64,000 bases of DNA from Pirellulales bacterium (GTDB lineage: Bacteria; Planctomycetota; Planctomycetia; Pirellulales; PALSA-1355), in NCBI GenBank assembly GCA_963733035.1, contig CAVTBU010000006.1, positions 800,001 through 864,000 on the forward strand, given 5' to 3'. Made by a program: the position numbers and the translations under genes. The notes below the pieces were generated by a model. It did no database searches and was not told the origin of the DNA. It worked only from the letters and a program-made list of their open reading frames with translations. Position 1 is the first letter of the stretch. Each line of letters opens with the position of its first letter. This document shows, piece after piece, positions 50,390 to 62,088 of this stretch.

Positions 50390-51247
50390 ATGCACGCCAA
50401 CTGGTCGAGACGAAGTTTTTTGCAAGTCGCCGCCGGACTTATCACCACCGGGGCAACCATTCGCACTGGACGGCGGGCGTGGGCCGATGACGCTGCTGAC
50501 AGGTTCGGTGGCTTTGACGTGGGCCTGCAAAGCTACACTCTGCGGCAATTTCCCGTTGACCGAGCACTTGCCGAAATCAATAAGCTCGGGCTTCATAGCG
50601 TCGAATTGTTTGAGGCGCACTTCAGCTCAAAGTCATCGGAGGCCGACATCGCAGCCATGAAGAGCAAGACCAAAGCGCTTGGCATCAAGATGCGCGGCCA
50701 CGGCGTTAATCCGTTCACTGCCGATCACGAGGCCAACCGTCGCTGGTTCGAATTTGCGAAAAAGGCCGGGATCAAAAACATCTCGGCGGATCCCACGGAA
50801 GACGCATTTGATAGCCTCGACACGCTGTGCGAGGAGTACCAGATTCGCATCGCCATCCACAACCACGGTCCTGGAGCGCGCTACGACAAAGTGGCGGACG
50901 TGCTCAATGCCGTCGATGGCCACCACCCACTGATTGGGGCCTGCGCGGATTTGGGGCACTATATCCGCTCGGGTGAGGATCCGGTCCGCGCAATCAACCT
51001 GTTGGAAGGTCGATTATATGGCATTCACCTCAAGGACTTCGCCGAACAGAAGGCGAAAACCGAGGGAGTCATTCTGGGACAGGGACACCTCGACGTGGTG
51101 GGCGTCTTTAAGGCCTTGAAGAAGGTCAATTTCCCGGCCGACGGGTGCCTGTCGCTGGAATACGAAGAGAACCCGCAGAATCCGCTCGATGACGTGCGGG
51201 CCTGCCTGGCCGCAGCCAGTGAGGGAGCAAAGCAGGCGGCAAGTTAG
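50390..51247 (+). CDS. Sugar phosphate isomerase/epimerase, tandem paralogue, Tat signal
   Basis: SRRSFL and the same motifs; highly similar to the upstream gene. Confidence 0.9.
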   Translation: MHANWSRRSFLQVAAGLITTGATIRTGRRAWADDAADRFGGFDVGLQSYTLRQFPVDRALAEINKLGLHSVELFEAHFSSKSSEADIAAMKSKTKALGIKMRGHGVNPFTADHEANRRWFEFAKKAGIKNISADPTEDAFDSLDTLCEEYQIRIAIHNHGPGARYDKVADVLNAVDGHHPLIGACADLGHYIRSGEDPVRAINLLEGRLYGIHLKDFAEQKAKTEGVILGQGHLDVVGVFKALKKVNFPADGCLSLEYEENPQNPLDDVRACLAAASEGAKQAAS

Positions 51248-51436
51248 CAGGCTCTCTGCCCCCTTCTGACAGAAAGGGACTGGAGCATGTCCCTTGGGTG
51301 AAATTCCGCGCCGGATCTGGCCGGATTTCCTTTCTTTCTTGTAAGTATTTGAACTATACTTAAGGTTATGGAGGTCGATTACTGATTTGTAATCTATCCT
51401 AAGATTTCTTTGGCCTGCTGGCCGGAGGGTTGCGCC

Positions 51437-51772
51437 ATGCGATTCAGGCGGGGTTCGATGGTTATCGTTGCTTCGGCAATCCTGCTGGCCTGCAATGTTT
51501 TGGCTAGGGCGGGTGAGCCGTATGGCTTTGATCTCGTACCAAACTCGACGTTCTACAATGGCACATGGAGCGTCTATGGTAGTGATGTTGTGCCTTCAAG
51601 CACCACTCACGACTTTGGGATGCGTACGACCTATGGTTGGGACGCAGTACCCAAAGCAATTCACCCTCACGTCGATGACTATCGCCGTGTACTTCCCGCC
51701 GAAACGGTGCAGCAGTTGACTAGCGCATTGCGTCGGGAGCCACTCGCGCGAAGTGTGGTCCAGCCTAAATAG
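51437..51772 (+). CDS. Small exported hypothetical protein
   Basis: GGAGG RBS and signal peptide. Confidence 0.5.
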   Translation: MRFRRGSMVIVASAILLACNVLARAGEPYGFDLVPNSTFYNGTWSVYGSDVVPSSTTHDFGMRTTYGWDAVPKAIHPHVDDYRRVLPAETVQQLTSALRREPLARSVVQPK

Positions 51773-52210
51773 GCGCTCTGCTTTCACACCTGTGGCAACC
51801 CGTGCGATTGGTGGCAACGGGGCGCCTGCCGTACCGCGAGCATTCATATCTTCACGGGCTCGGCAAGTTACGTCGAGTTTGCCGGTCATCGGCCACGCTA
51901 CCTGTTGGCCTGACTTTTCAGCGTCGTAAGGTTCGCGCAAATTGTCGTTTAGCACGCTCCGATAGAGAAGGAGCATGGCAGAGGACAAGCCATCTCGGTT
52001 GGCCGCGCTGGCAATCGACACGTCACGCCCGTCAATTTCGATCCGCGTAACCGGGATTACAGAACCGTAATCCCAGGGTTCAGCATTCGTTGCAAGCGGC
52101 AAGTTGTTCTTGCCCTGTCCTAAATTACCATCATGACGCGACAGAAATAACCGACAGGAATGTTGGACATTGCAGGGCTGCGGTACGCGAGACCAGGAGG
52201 GTCGCTAGAC

Positions 52211-53842
52211 ATGCGTTTTGGAAGCGTCGCCATTCGAGTGGCAGCAGGAATTGTGCTGGCAATGACGTCGGCGACGTTCGGCTGGGCCCAGCAAGCGAGT
52301 GGCCCGCCGTTGAATACTCCTGGTTCGGGCGCATTTTCGACGTCATCGCGGGTCTCACGTCTGCCGGAGGCAGGCATGCGATTCGATCCGCAGATTGCAC
52401 CGTCCGGGTACGCCCAAGCGCCTGCGCCGAGCCCGACGCCGGCGGGAGCGGACGAATTGTCGGACCTTCGCGACCGGCTGGAAAAGGCAGAAGACGAACT
52501 GGCAAGTATGCGCAATGAGACCAAGAGCGCGGCCGACAAGTTGGTCGAACTGCTGAACCGGCAACCGCAAGCACCCCAGTTGCCGCTCATTCGGCTGAGC
52601 GGTTTTTTCCAGCTCGATGATGGCTTGTTCAGCCAGACGGCTGACAGCCACACGGCATTGGGGAGCATCAAAGACGGCGTCGACTTTCGGCGCGCTCGTC
52701 TCCAAGCCTTGGGAGCCGTGAGCGAGTTCACACGGTATAGCGTCGAAGTCGATTTTGCCACGGTTGGCCGGCCAAGCCTGATGGATATCTGGGGTGAACA
52801 ATCCAATTTGCCGTTCTTCGGCACGATTCGCATCGGGCACTTTCGCCAGCCGACCACGATGGATGCTCTGACGAGTGTTCGCCACCTCGAATTCCTCGAG
52901 CGAAACATCGCCTACCAGGCGATGGATCCTTTTCGTCGAACGGGCATCATGGCTTACCGCGTCTCGGACGATGAGATGACGACCTTGGCCTATAGTATGT
53001 ACGCCACCGGCTTCACGTTTTTCAACGGCTCGGGCCTGAGCTATGGCACTATCGGAGACACGCGCTGGGCCTCGGAACTTGGCAATAGCGGCGGCGTGTC
53101 GTTTGCCATTCGAGGTACGCACTTGTTGTACTACGATGAGCCCGCCGACGGACGCTACCTATTGCACATCGGCGGCGGTTACGACTTTAGCGAGATTGGC
53201 GGTCAGGGGACGACCGGGTCATTTGCGAAGACCTACCAGGCCCGACCCATTCCGGAGTTTTTCGAGGGTGACGCGGCCGGAGCCGGAGTTCCGCCGGTCC
53301 TCGACTCGGGACGAATCTTAGCCAACAACTTTCACTTTGCCCATGTGGAACTGGCCGGCAACTATGGCTCTGCCCATTTCCAGACGGAATTTCTGGGTAC
53401 GTCGCTCAATCAGCTTAACGGACCGCCCGTTTTTTATTACGGAGCCTATTTTCAGGGTGGCTATTTCCTGACTGGCGAGAGCATTGGATACAACAAGCAG
53501 ACGGGCGTGTTTGACTACGTCGTCGAGCCGTTTAGCGAATTCTTCGGTACCGGCAAGCGCGGAAATGTGTGCGGTTGGGGGGCCTGGGAACTCGCTTTCC
53601 GCTGGTCGTACCTCAACTTGGCGGCCACGAACATCAATCCGGGCAATATCATACCGGGAGGCGCGGGGCCGCCGCCATCGCCGAATCCCGGCCAGGTTAA
53701 CGAAACAACTGTTGCCCTTAACTGGTGGTGGAATCGTTACACGCGTGTTCAGTTCAACTGGATCCATAGCATGCCGGACTACAACCTGTTCGGGTACGCG
53801 CCGTTCGACATCTTTGGCACGCGGTTCCAGGTGGAGTTCTAA
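52211..53842 (+). CDS. OprO/OprP-family phosphate-selective porin
   Basis: Coiled coil, FRRARL, IRIGHFRQP, FLER, GAWELAFRWS, LNWWWN and C-terminal RFQVEF. Confidence 0.87.
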   Translation: MRFGSVAIRVAAGIVLAMTSATFGWAQQASGPPLNTPGSGAFSTSSRVSRLPEAGMRFDPQIAPSGYAQAPAPSPTPAGADELSDLRDRLEKAEDELASMRNETKSAADKLVELLNRQPQAPQLPLIRLSGFFQLDDGLFSQTADSHTALGSIKDGVDFRRARLQALGAVSEFTRYSVEVDFATVGRPSLMDIWGEQSNLPFFGTIRIGHFRQPTTMDALTSVRHLEFLERNIAYQAMDPFRRTGIMAYRVSDDEMTTLAYSMYATGFTFFNGSGLSYGTIGDTRWASELGNSGGVSFAIRGTHLLYYDEPADGRYLLHIGGGYDFSEIGGQGTTGSFAKTYQARPIPEFFEGDAAGAGVPPVLDSGRILANNFHFAHVELAGNYGSAHFQTEFLGTSLNQLNGPPVFYYGAYFQGGYFLTGESIGYNKQTGVFDYVVEPFSEFFGTGKRGNVCGWGAWELAFRWSYLNLAATNINPGNIIPGGAGPPPSPNPGQVNETTVALNWWWNRYTRVQFNWIHSMPDYNLFGYAPFDIFGTRFQVEF

Positions 53843-53960
53843 AATCTTAGACTCGCACAGCATCTGATCCACTCGGAACGGATCGTGACCCGAGATTCTT
53901 GCGCGGCGTGAGGCCGCACGAAGGCACTCTCCCAACCGATCTACCCGGTAGGATTTTCGG

Positions 53961-56959
53961 TCAGCGCCCCTGCAGCTGGCGCGATCGTTGCAACAGGTCC
54001 TTATATCTGGCAACCGTCTCCGGTCCGTTCAGCCGCGGACTCAGCACCAAAGTCGCATTGAGCAATTGCTCTGCTTGTAGAGCTTGGCTCGGATCGCGTG
54101 CTTTGAGGGCTGCCAGGAACAGGCAGTCGGCCGCGTTGTATACCACCTCGTAGTACTCCGGCGGTTTGCTGCGAGCGTGCGCGAGTCGCGTCCGGAGCCT
54201 TGTCCAATGCGCGACGGCCTCGTCAAAGCGAGCCGGTTCAATATCGGCCCAGGCCTGCAACAGCCGTCCTTTCTCCATCTTGGGTTCCAGCGCATTCGGA
54301 TGAGCCGAAATCAATTGGTCAACTTGCTCTAGTCCGGCAGCGAAATCGGCACTGTTTTGCGCTTGCGCCGCAACAGACCGACGAGCTGCACTCGGACGCG
54401 CGTGAGTGCCGCGGCGTTTGCCTCGGCGAATGTTGGATCAGACTTGCCTTGTGCCAGAACGGCCTCATACAGTTGTCGCGCAGCGTCGGTCTGGTCGAGT
54501 TCGAGGCTCGTATCGGCGACGAAGATGAGTGCCGCAAGCGATTGCTCTTTGCGGGGGACCAAGCGAGCGATCAATTGGGTCACAAGTTCTTTCCGCGCTG
54601 CCGCAGTGGCTTCTGCCGTCGCGCGGCGCTGTGGATTCGCAGCAGTGCCTGCTTCGATCACGTCGGCGGCCGCCTGTTTCCAGGTGTCGCTGATCGACTT
54701 AACGATGGAAACGAGCACCCCATTGACCGCCGCGTTGTCGGGACCCACCTCAAGCAAAAGTGTCGCGACATTCGCGGCCTCATCCGGTTGTTCCGCGGCC
54801 AGATGCGCACGGGCAGCAGTCAAGAAGACACGCAGCAGCACGTTATCAAGCGGGTCGGGCCTGTTTGCCTGGATCCACTCGACGAGTGGGTCTATCAGTT
54901 CAGCCGCCGCCTGCGGGCGATTGGATTCGGCGGCGATTTCGGCCAGGAGCAGCTGAGTTTCGAGCAGCGACCGAGAGATGGGTTCACCTGGGACGGCCGC
55001 GTTTTTCATGCCCTCCAGGCTTTTCGTGAGCTGATCTTCCGCCATCGTTCGTTCGCCGGTCAGCACCTGGGCATCGGCCTGTGCTCCCTTTCGTTTTTCG
55101 ATCAGATATAGCCGCCAATGGGTTTGTCCGGCCAGGGCCATGGCTGTCGGGTACCGCGGCGACCGCGGGTTGACGCGTTCGAATACCGCCAGGGCACCGG
55201 AGGCGTCTCCGTGCACGAGACTTGCCTGACCGAGCGCGATGCGGGCATCATCTGCCTCGGGTTTGTCGGGCCAGCGGTCGATCGTTTGCTTGGCGAGGGC
55301 GTTCAATTGATCGAGCGCAGCTTGTTTGTCCTGGGACTGCGCATAGCTTGCCAGTGCCGCAGACACCGCCAGCGCCGATGCAGATGGAGCGACTGCACTC
55401 TCGGGTCGCTCTTCAAAGATCTTCCGAGCCAACGACAATGCCTTGTCGATGTCGCCTGAGGAGTAGTATCTGGCGGCCAGTTGATAGCGCGCATAATCGA
55501 GTCGTGCGCGGGCCGTTTCCAAACGTTCGGCATCCTTCGTCGTGGAAGAAAGTTCCAGTGCTTTCTCAAGAGCCGTGGCCGCGGTCGGCCAGTCGAGACT
55601 TTCGGCCGCGCTTTCGCCGACGGCGAACGCTTCGTCAAACGTTTTGATGCTGGAAAGATCGTGCGGACTGCTCTTGGTCAAGTCCCGCCGCAGCAATATG
55701 GCTTCCTGCTGAAACGCGCCGCGAGTGCGAGCGATGTCCGCCAACTGAGAGAGTGACGCTTGCACGAGTTGGTTCTTCCGAGGGCCGGCGATTTCCTCGG
55801 CGTGCTCCAGATTGCTACGTGCCACTTCGAGTGCCACGCCCTGATACGCATCCATCGACCTCCAAGCCCGGCGCGATTGGAGCCACTCGCTTGCCTGCTT
55901 CAGAAACTCCTTGAAGCCCTGCATTCGCCGCACGACCAGCAAGCGGTGGTACTGCGCCTCGGCAAACAACGGTTCCAAACCCGTTTCGCGTTCGCGACCC
56001 TCAGGCGCCGTGGCCAGGACTTCGTCGTAAATATCGAGGGCCAATTGGTCCTGGCCCAGTTCGTCGGCACTTCGACCGTGCCACATGTGAGCATGCAGGC
56101 CGATCAGGCTTTCGCGGTATCCCTGGAAAATGGTGTCGAATGCCTTGGCGGCAGAGGCAAGAGCGACTTGCCGTTCCTTTGACTTGGGGTCTGGGAACGT
56201 TTGACCTAGGTAAAATTCGATCTTTGCTGCTTTGAAACGGCAGTCTAGCCAGGACAGTTCCGCCTCACGCTGAGCTTCTTCGGCGGCGCGCCGCTTGCGA
56301 GTGAACGATGCGGTGCGTTGCCGCCCGCTCGGCAAATCCTTGTTTTCAGCCATGATCGCCTGGAAGCGATCGTGGTAGCGCTCGGTCGCGTCGACAAACC
56401 GGGGGCGTGCCTCTTCCAGTGCGGCACGTGCGGCTTGCATTTGTTGCTGCTTGACCGCCGGATCTTTCATTGTGTTGGCGATACGCAGATGTTCGAGTGC
56501 GCGGTCGAGCGCCAAGTCGCCCCACGATTCCATCGCTCGAGCCACCTCGGCGTGATCGGGATGCTCGCGGAGGAACTTATCAAGGTGTGATTGGGCCTTT
56601 GCCATGCGGGCTTGCGCCTCGTCGGCGTTGTATGCCTCCGCGGCGGCGCTTCGATAACTGCGAGACAATTCCAAATCCCAAGTCTCGTCCAAAGTTGGCG
56701 GCATTTTGCCGCTTGAACGAAGTTGCTCGAGGTAATCGAGCGCGACTTCTCCGTATCCCTTGGCTTGCGCAGCATGCAGAAACTGGAATACAGGTGATTC
56801 AGCCCGAAGCGCGTGAGGCATGAATAGCGCAACGAGCGTCGTAGCGACTGCGGCGCACGCGGACCATCGAGAAGTCTTGAGCGTGCGAAAGGACAACACA
56901 GGCAAGGCGATATTCATGCGGTAACGGACGGCCGACGATTGCCTCAGGCCATGCAGCAC
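53961..56959 (-). CDS. Large exported TPR-like protein with a frameshift at ~54355-54370
   Basis: Adding one base joins 54329..56959 to 53961..54314 (..NSADFAAGLEQVDQLISAHPN..); helical repeats. Confidence 0.75.
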
Positions 56960-56963
56960 TTGG

Positions 56964-58618
56964 TTACTTCGTATTGACCTGGGCGGTTTGGTCTTCCGGT
57001 TTCTTGTCTTGCGAGTCGTCAGCGTCGAGTTTATAGAGCGGCAAATAGCGATAGTAAACCTCCAGCGTCAGGCAAGCGAGGCTCGTTACCATGAGTCGAC
57101 CACCTTGTTCTCGCCAACGGTCGGGAGTGGGCCGCGCTGGGTCCCAGCTGCCTGCCGCGCAGCCCTCTTTGACTTGCGACTCGATCAACACCCGCCGCAT
57201 CTGTCGGTTCCAGGTATCCCACTCCGGACCGGGCACGTTGTGCATCACCTGCGTGGCGTAGTACCAGTAGTAGGTATCGCGGGATTTGATATTTGGCAGG
57301 TGGCCCATGAGGTACGTCATGCCCTCTTGAATGGCTGGCTCGCCACGCTGCGCCCGAGGTATTGCGTACACAACAATCCGACCGAGGTCATCGATGGGGT
57401 GGCGGGTGTCTTGGGGTTGTAAGCGAACGTGCCCCCAGTCTTGCTCTTAGTGACGCTTTTGAGCCAGCGCTGCGCGCCTTTAATTGTTTCAGGATTGGTT
57501 TTCAGCCCGGCCATTTGAGCACTCTTGAGTGCCATCAATTGCCAACCTACCACGGACGTATCACCGAGAGTGGCTTGGGGCGGCACACCATAGTGCCAGC
57601 CGCCGGTGCCGGGGATTTGCGATTTTTCGATAAACTGGATGGCGTTCTGCGCGGCTGCACCGAGAAAGGCGTCTTTGCTCAAACCGTACGCTTCGCAGAG
57701 CGTGATCGCGGCTAGTCCGTGCGTATACATGTTGCTGCCGTCGCGCAGGTCTCCATCTCCCTTCATGCGACTGATCATCCACCGCAAGCCACCATCAATC
57801 GAAGCGCGATAGGGGCCTTTGCTGCGGTGCGTCTGACCGGCGGCAAAAAAAGGCAACAGGGCCATGGCGGTGGCGGCAACGTCTGACTTGGCGCTGCCTC
57901 CTCCATCGCAGGGCTCGCCTTTGCAGTGCTGCGAGAAGCCGTCGAGGCTCCAACTTCCGTTGCGATTCTGATGCCGCACGATCCAGTTCAGAGCCGCCGC
58001 GACCGCGCACTCACTCGCCTTTGTACCGCCATAGCCGCCGAGCATTGTTTTGCGAGCCGCCGCATCGCTGCGCACGCCGAAACCGCTTCCAGTTCCCGCG
58101 CTGCCGACTCCCCGGCCGCCCGTCGCGCCCAGTCCGGAACCTCGCACCAATGGTCCCGGGCCAAGTGCGCTTATGGAGAATCCATCCATGCCGCCAATGC
58201 CGCCGCCTGACGCGGAGCCGCCTCCACCGGCCGCTAGAGCATCGGCCGCCGCTGAAACGTCACTTTGCGACGGGTCCACTTCGATCGAGGGAGCATCGAC
58301 CAGGCTGAGCGTATCGGTCGTCAGTTCGGTCGGTTCGAGTGGAGCGTCGCCGACGTCAAAGTGATCGAGCTCCGGCGGCGGGATTTCGGTGTTGATCGTC
58401 GACTCGAAAGCCGGTGCTTCACCATCGGTGGAACGCGAGGTCACTTGACCGACGAGCAACAATACCGCCGAAAGGACCACGACGTGGGCCGTTACGCTCG
58501 TCACGTACCAGACGCCACTGGTCATGGCCCAAGCTTTAATAGACAAGTAGACGTCCGCTGGACGGATTTGCCGCGCGGCGGCAAGAATACCGGCAAAGTT
58601 TGGCAGGTAATTTCGCAT
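56964..58618 (-). CDS. Prenyltransferase/squalene-oxidase-repeat protein with a frameshift at ~57354
   Basis: GGTKASE..ALNWIVRHQNRNGSW, MYTHGLAAITLCEAY, GDTSVVGWQ, YYWYYATQ and LEVYYRYLP; one extra G joins the two ORFs. Confidence 0.85.
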
Positions 58619-58808
58619 GTGGCGCGGTCCTCATGCTCACGCGTTGCCAGAGAATTTAATTGCCCGCGCCGTTGCGCCCACCTGCGCTGCGGCGCAATGC
58701 TAGTTGTACCGTGTGCTTTGCCACAAACCTCTATGCTTGCAAGGTTTACTTCGAAACCATTCTTCGCCGGGAACTGCCATTATCCTCTCCGGCGCAGCAC
58801 CGGTCCAG

Positions 58809-59792
58809 TTAATTCTCCTCGGGATCTTCGGTCCATGGAGTCCCCGAATTGTCGTCCTCAGGTGCGTTTTCTGCCGGGCCGCTATCGCTCGTAAGCCAAG
58901 CTTCAACGGCTTGGTCGTCCGCCGAGCCAACACTTTCCTCCATCGATGGCGCAATCCGCGTGCGGCCCCAGAGCACCAAACCCCAACGAATCACAAACAA
59001 ACTCAAGAGGGCGGCCGCGAGATACCACGTCCATTGCCAGTCGTCCCTGCCAGCCAGCGGATTGCTTGGCGTGGGGTGCCAGATGAGCCGTCCAATCAGC
59101 AGGGGCGTGGCCCTGGTGTGTCCCTCGTGGTCTTCATACGGCAACAGTTTGAGGAAGTAGCCGACGAAGGTGGCCTCTTCGTAGACGTTGTCACCCGAGG
59201 GCATGCTTGGCGGCAAGTCACCGACCACCATCCAATACCAATTGGGCTGCGAACTCGTGTTCCAACCAAAGACTTCGTACAGTTTTTGCACGCCCAGATC
59301 GTTTTGCGCTACATCATCCACGGTCAGCGTGCGCCGCAAATGCACGGGAAACTCCACGAGTTTGCCTCGGTAGCGTTTGGGCTCATTCCACAAATCGCGA
59401 AAGGTAACTTTCTTGTCGGCTCGTTTTTGGAGTTCCACGGCGGTTTGGCGCGATTGCCATGCCCACAGTCGCCAATAGGCCGGCATTTCGTCGGCGGCCA
59501 GGGGCACACGATCGGCTATGGCAGCGAGTTCCTCGCGAGCGGCGTCTTGTTCCAGGGGATCGCTGTCGGTGGGGCCGACTCTGGGCGCGGACGATTTCGG
59601 GGGCAGCCGTTCGGGTAGCGACGGCGCTTGCGCGACTGTGTCGTCTGGAGCAAACCATTTCCACGTTTGCGGATCGCCTGCGCGTTGCATCAGCATGAAC
59701 AGCACGCCTAGCATGGCAACTAGCGTCAGCAGCCGCGCGAACTCGGCGCCGCGGAAGAAAGTAGCGGGCCGTCGATCATGAAGTCGTCGCAT
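58809..59792 (-). CDS. Two-TM hypothetical protein (possible OB-fold)
   Basis: N- and C-terminal TM helices; P.RYRGKLV and FVGYFLK..Y..TPLLIG. Confidence 0.7.
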   Translation of the reverse strand: MRRLHDRRPATFFRGAEFARLLTLVAMLGVLFMLMQRAGDPQTWKWFAPDDTVAQAPSLPERLPPKSSAPRVGPTDSDPLEQDAAREELAAIADRVPLAADEMPAYWRLWAWQSRQTAVELQKRADKKVTFRDLWNEPKRYRGKLVEFPVHLRRTLTVDDVAQNDLGVQKLYEVFGWNTSSQPNWYWMVVGDLPPSMPSGDNVYEEATFVGYFLKLLPYEDHEGHTRATPLLIGRLIWHPTPSNPLAGRDDWQWTWYLAAALLSLFVIRWGLVLWGRTRIAPSMEESVGSADDQAVEAWLTSDSGPAENAPEDDNSGTPWTEDPEEN

Positions 59793-59857
59793 GGCACACA
59801 AGAGAAGAGCGTATGGGAATTTGGTTTCCAACGCGGTCGATTGTATTGGGCGGGGGC

Positions 59858-60376
59858 TCACTCCGTTGTCACATCGGGCAGTTCGACAAAGCTGAGCTTC
59901 GTAAGCCGCTGGCCATCGGGAAGCTTTTGACGCGTGCAGACGTCAACCACTCCCATCAGCGCGTCGTAATGCAGACCCGAACCCACCTGAATCACCACCT
60001 GGTCAAACGGGCTCGCCTGATCGGAGAGTACGGTGCGCAGGCGATCGTTCAGGCCAGTAAGCGTCGCTAGGGGGCTTTCGCCTAGCGACATCGAGCCGAT
60101 ACCGCCCACGCCGTTGGGAATCACGCTGATAATCAGCGAATTCAGGCCTTGCACGGGGTTGAGGTTGTCTGGATTGGTGCCCGCTTGCACCGAACTTTGC
60201 GCGGCACTGACGGGTTGCGCCGGTGGCATGCGGAGTGAAATCTGGCCTTCGACGGGTGCCGGCTTGAAAGTGAGGATGAAAAATGTCAGCAATTGAAACG
60301 CCATGTCGAGCATGGCGGCGAGGTTCAGCTCGACCTCGCCCTGTAGGCGTCGTTTCCGGCGTCGTCGGCGTCTCAT
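59858..60376 (-). CDS. exbD: ExbD/TolR family protein
   Basis: LNLAAMLDMAFQLLTFFI. Confidence 0.85.
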   Translation of the reverse strand: MRRRRRRKRRLQGEVELNLAAMLDMAFQLLTFFILTFKPAPVEGQISLRMPPAQPVSAAQSSVQAGTNPDNLNPVQGLNSLIISVIPNGVGGIGSMSLGESPLATLTGLNDRLRTVLSDQASPFDQVVIQVGSGLHYDALMGVVDVCTRQKLPDGQRLTKLSFVELPDVTTE

Positions 60377-60843
60377 CCGGCTTGCTCATCCGACTTGTTC
60401 ATTGCTTTGAGCGAGAAATTACGAAAACCGTGTTCCTGGCAGACCTTGATGACGCGATTGAGGAGGTGAAACGGCGTGGCCCGGTCAGCCCGAATTACGA
60501 CAGTTGTGGGCAAATCGTCGCCCGGTTCGAGCTTGGGGTTCTTGCGACGCGCCAGGAGGTAGCTTGACTGTGCCTCGCCGGCGATGTAGCTATCGATGTT
60601 CTTGGTGGTGTTATAGACCTTCAATTGCCCTTCTTTGTCGATGTTCAGCACCAGCAGGTCGTGGGCGCCATGCGTGTCGACGGGTCGCGCCGAGGCGACG
60701 ACAGGCAATTTGAGGCTCATGTCGAGTGATGCCGCCTTGAAGTTGATTACGAGCATGAAGAACGTGATCAACTGGAACACCATGTCCAGAATTGGCGTCA
60801 GGTTCGGCTCGGCACTGGCTTCGTGATAGTTCGAGGCGGACAT
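60373..60843 (-). CDS. exbD: ExbD/TolR family protein
   Basis: NLTPILDMVFQLITFFM and VVIRAD. Confidence 0.9.
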   Translation of the reverse strand: MSASNYHEASAEPNLTPILDMVFQLITFFMLVINFKAASLDMSLKLPVVASARPVDTHGAHDLLVLNIDKEGQLKVYNTTKNIDSYIAGEAQSSYLLARRKNPKLEPGDDLPTTVVIRADRATPFHLLNRVIKVCQEHGFRNFSLKAMNKSDEQAG

Positions 60844-60851
60844 GATGGACT

Positions 60852-61709
60852 CTACTGCTTAGCGGGTTTCGCGGCCGCGGGGGCGGCTTTGGACCGAGCC
60901 GCGTGAGCGAAATGCCGCAAATACTCGTCGGCCTGCAGCAGCGTCGCCACAGAAATGGACGAAACGCGATTGCGAAACACGGCATAGAAATAAATCGCCG
61001 GAACCGATAGCGCTACGCCCTCAAACGTCAGCAGCAGCGCTTCAGAGATTCCGCCGGCGACTTCGCTCGCTTTGAGTTGCACGTCGCTGAGCGCGATCAC
61101 GCTAAAGCTGGCGATCATTCCCTTGAGCGTGCCCAGGAGTCCGATCATCGGGCCTAGTGTCCCCAGCACCGCCAACATGCTGATTTTCTTTTCCATTTCC
61201 ACGGTTACCGCCTCGCCGGTCCGCTCCAGCGCATCACGCCCGTCAGGCAGTCCGTTCGGCAGTTCGGCGATCCCGGCGGAAAGTACCCGTCCCAGGGCTG
61301 ACGGATCTTCTTTCACGCGGGCATAGATCTCCTTGAACTCCCGCTTTTGCAGCAAGTCGACAAGTTGATCGACCAACTCGGGCGGTGTGGCTACCTTCTG
61401 TCGCATTTCAATGAACAGCCGGCTCACCGTGGCGATGAAATAGATCGACAGCAGTAGAATGACGAAGCCGATGAACCCTGATGATTCGATGAACCACCAG
61501 AACATCGACTTGCGGACCGGCTGACTCTGCACCTGGTCGGATGCGGCTGGTTCCGGAGCTTCGGCGAGTGGTTGTTCAGCGGCACCTGCCGGGGCGGCTT
61601 CGTCCTGACCACGGGCTCCACGCGGTTCAAGCGACAGCCCGCCGACCAGCAAGGCCAACAACAAGGACAAGAAACCCAATCGGCGCGCAGCAAGCGGTCG
61701 GTCGTTCAT
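60852..61709 (-). CDS. exbB: MotA/TolQ/ExbB proton channel protein
   Basis: LGPMIGLLGTLKGMI and GGISEALLLTFEG..VPA. Confidence 0.92.
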   Translation of the reverse strand: MNDRPLAARRLGFLSLLLALLVGGLSLEPRGARGQDEAAPAGAAEQPLAEAPEPAASDQVQSQPVRKSMFWWFIESSGFIGFVILLLSIYFIATVSRLFIEMRQKVATPPELVDQLVDLLQKREFKEIYARVKEDPSALGRVLSAGIAELPNGLPDGRDALERTGEAVTVEMEKKISMLAVLGTLGPMIGLLGTLKGMIASFSVIALSDVQLKASEVAGGISEALLLTFEGVALSVPAIYFYAVFRNRVSSISVATLLQADEYLRHFAHAARSKAAPAAAKPAKQ

Positions 61710-62088
61710 TTGGCGATCTCGACATGGGGCCCTGGGGGGATGTGAGCGGCCATGCTAGCACGGCAGCGACCTCCATATTAAGTCACCCGCGAAGGGAAAA
61801 AAAGCGTTTCTCCATGAAGTTTTGCCGCGAGTGCAAAGTGCTAGCGTTGGGAGACAGCGGTCTGCGGCGAATTCAAGCGGATTGTTGGTGCGGTTCGTTT
61901 TTTTGGGGCGCGGCGGCACTCGTGCGACGATAACTGATGACGTGTTGACACATTGAGCCGCCTGTCGCTATAAGCTTTCCCGCACTCGGGCAGAATGGGG
62001 AAGCGGGCTCCTTTGTCGTGCGTGCCCGTCTCATCACCGAGTTTAAGGAACGCCATTGATGCACTCGCCATCCACATCCGCGGGCACG

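Noticed and set aside
51342..51362. TAAGTAT-N7-ATACTTA palindrome as a dif or operator site
   Set aside because: It does not match the XerC/XerD dif consensus and no cognate regulator is evident.
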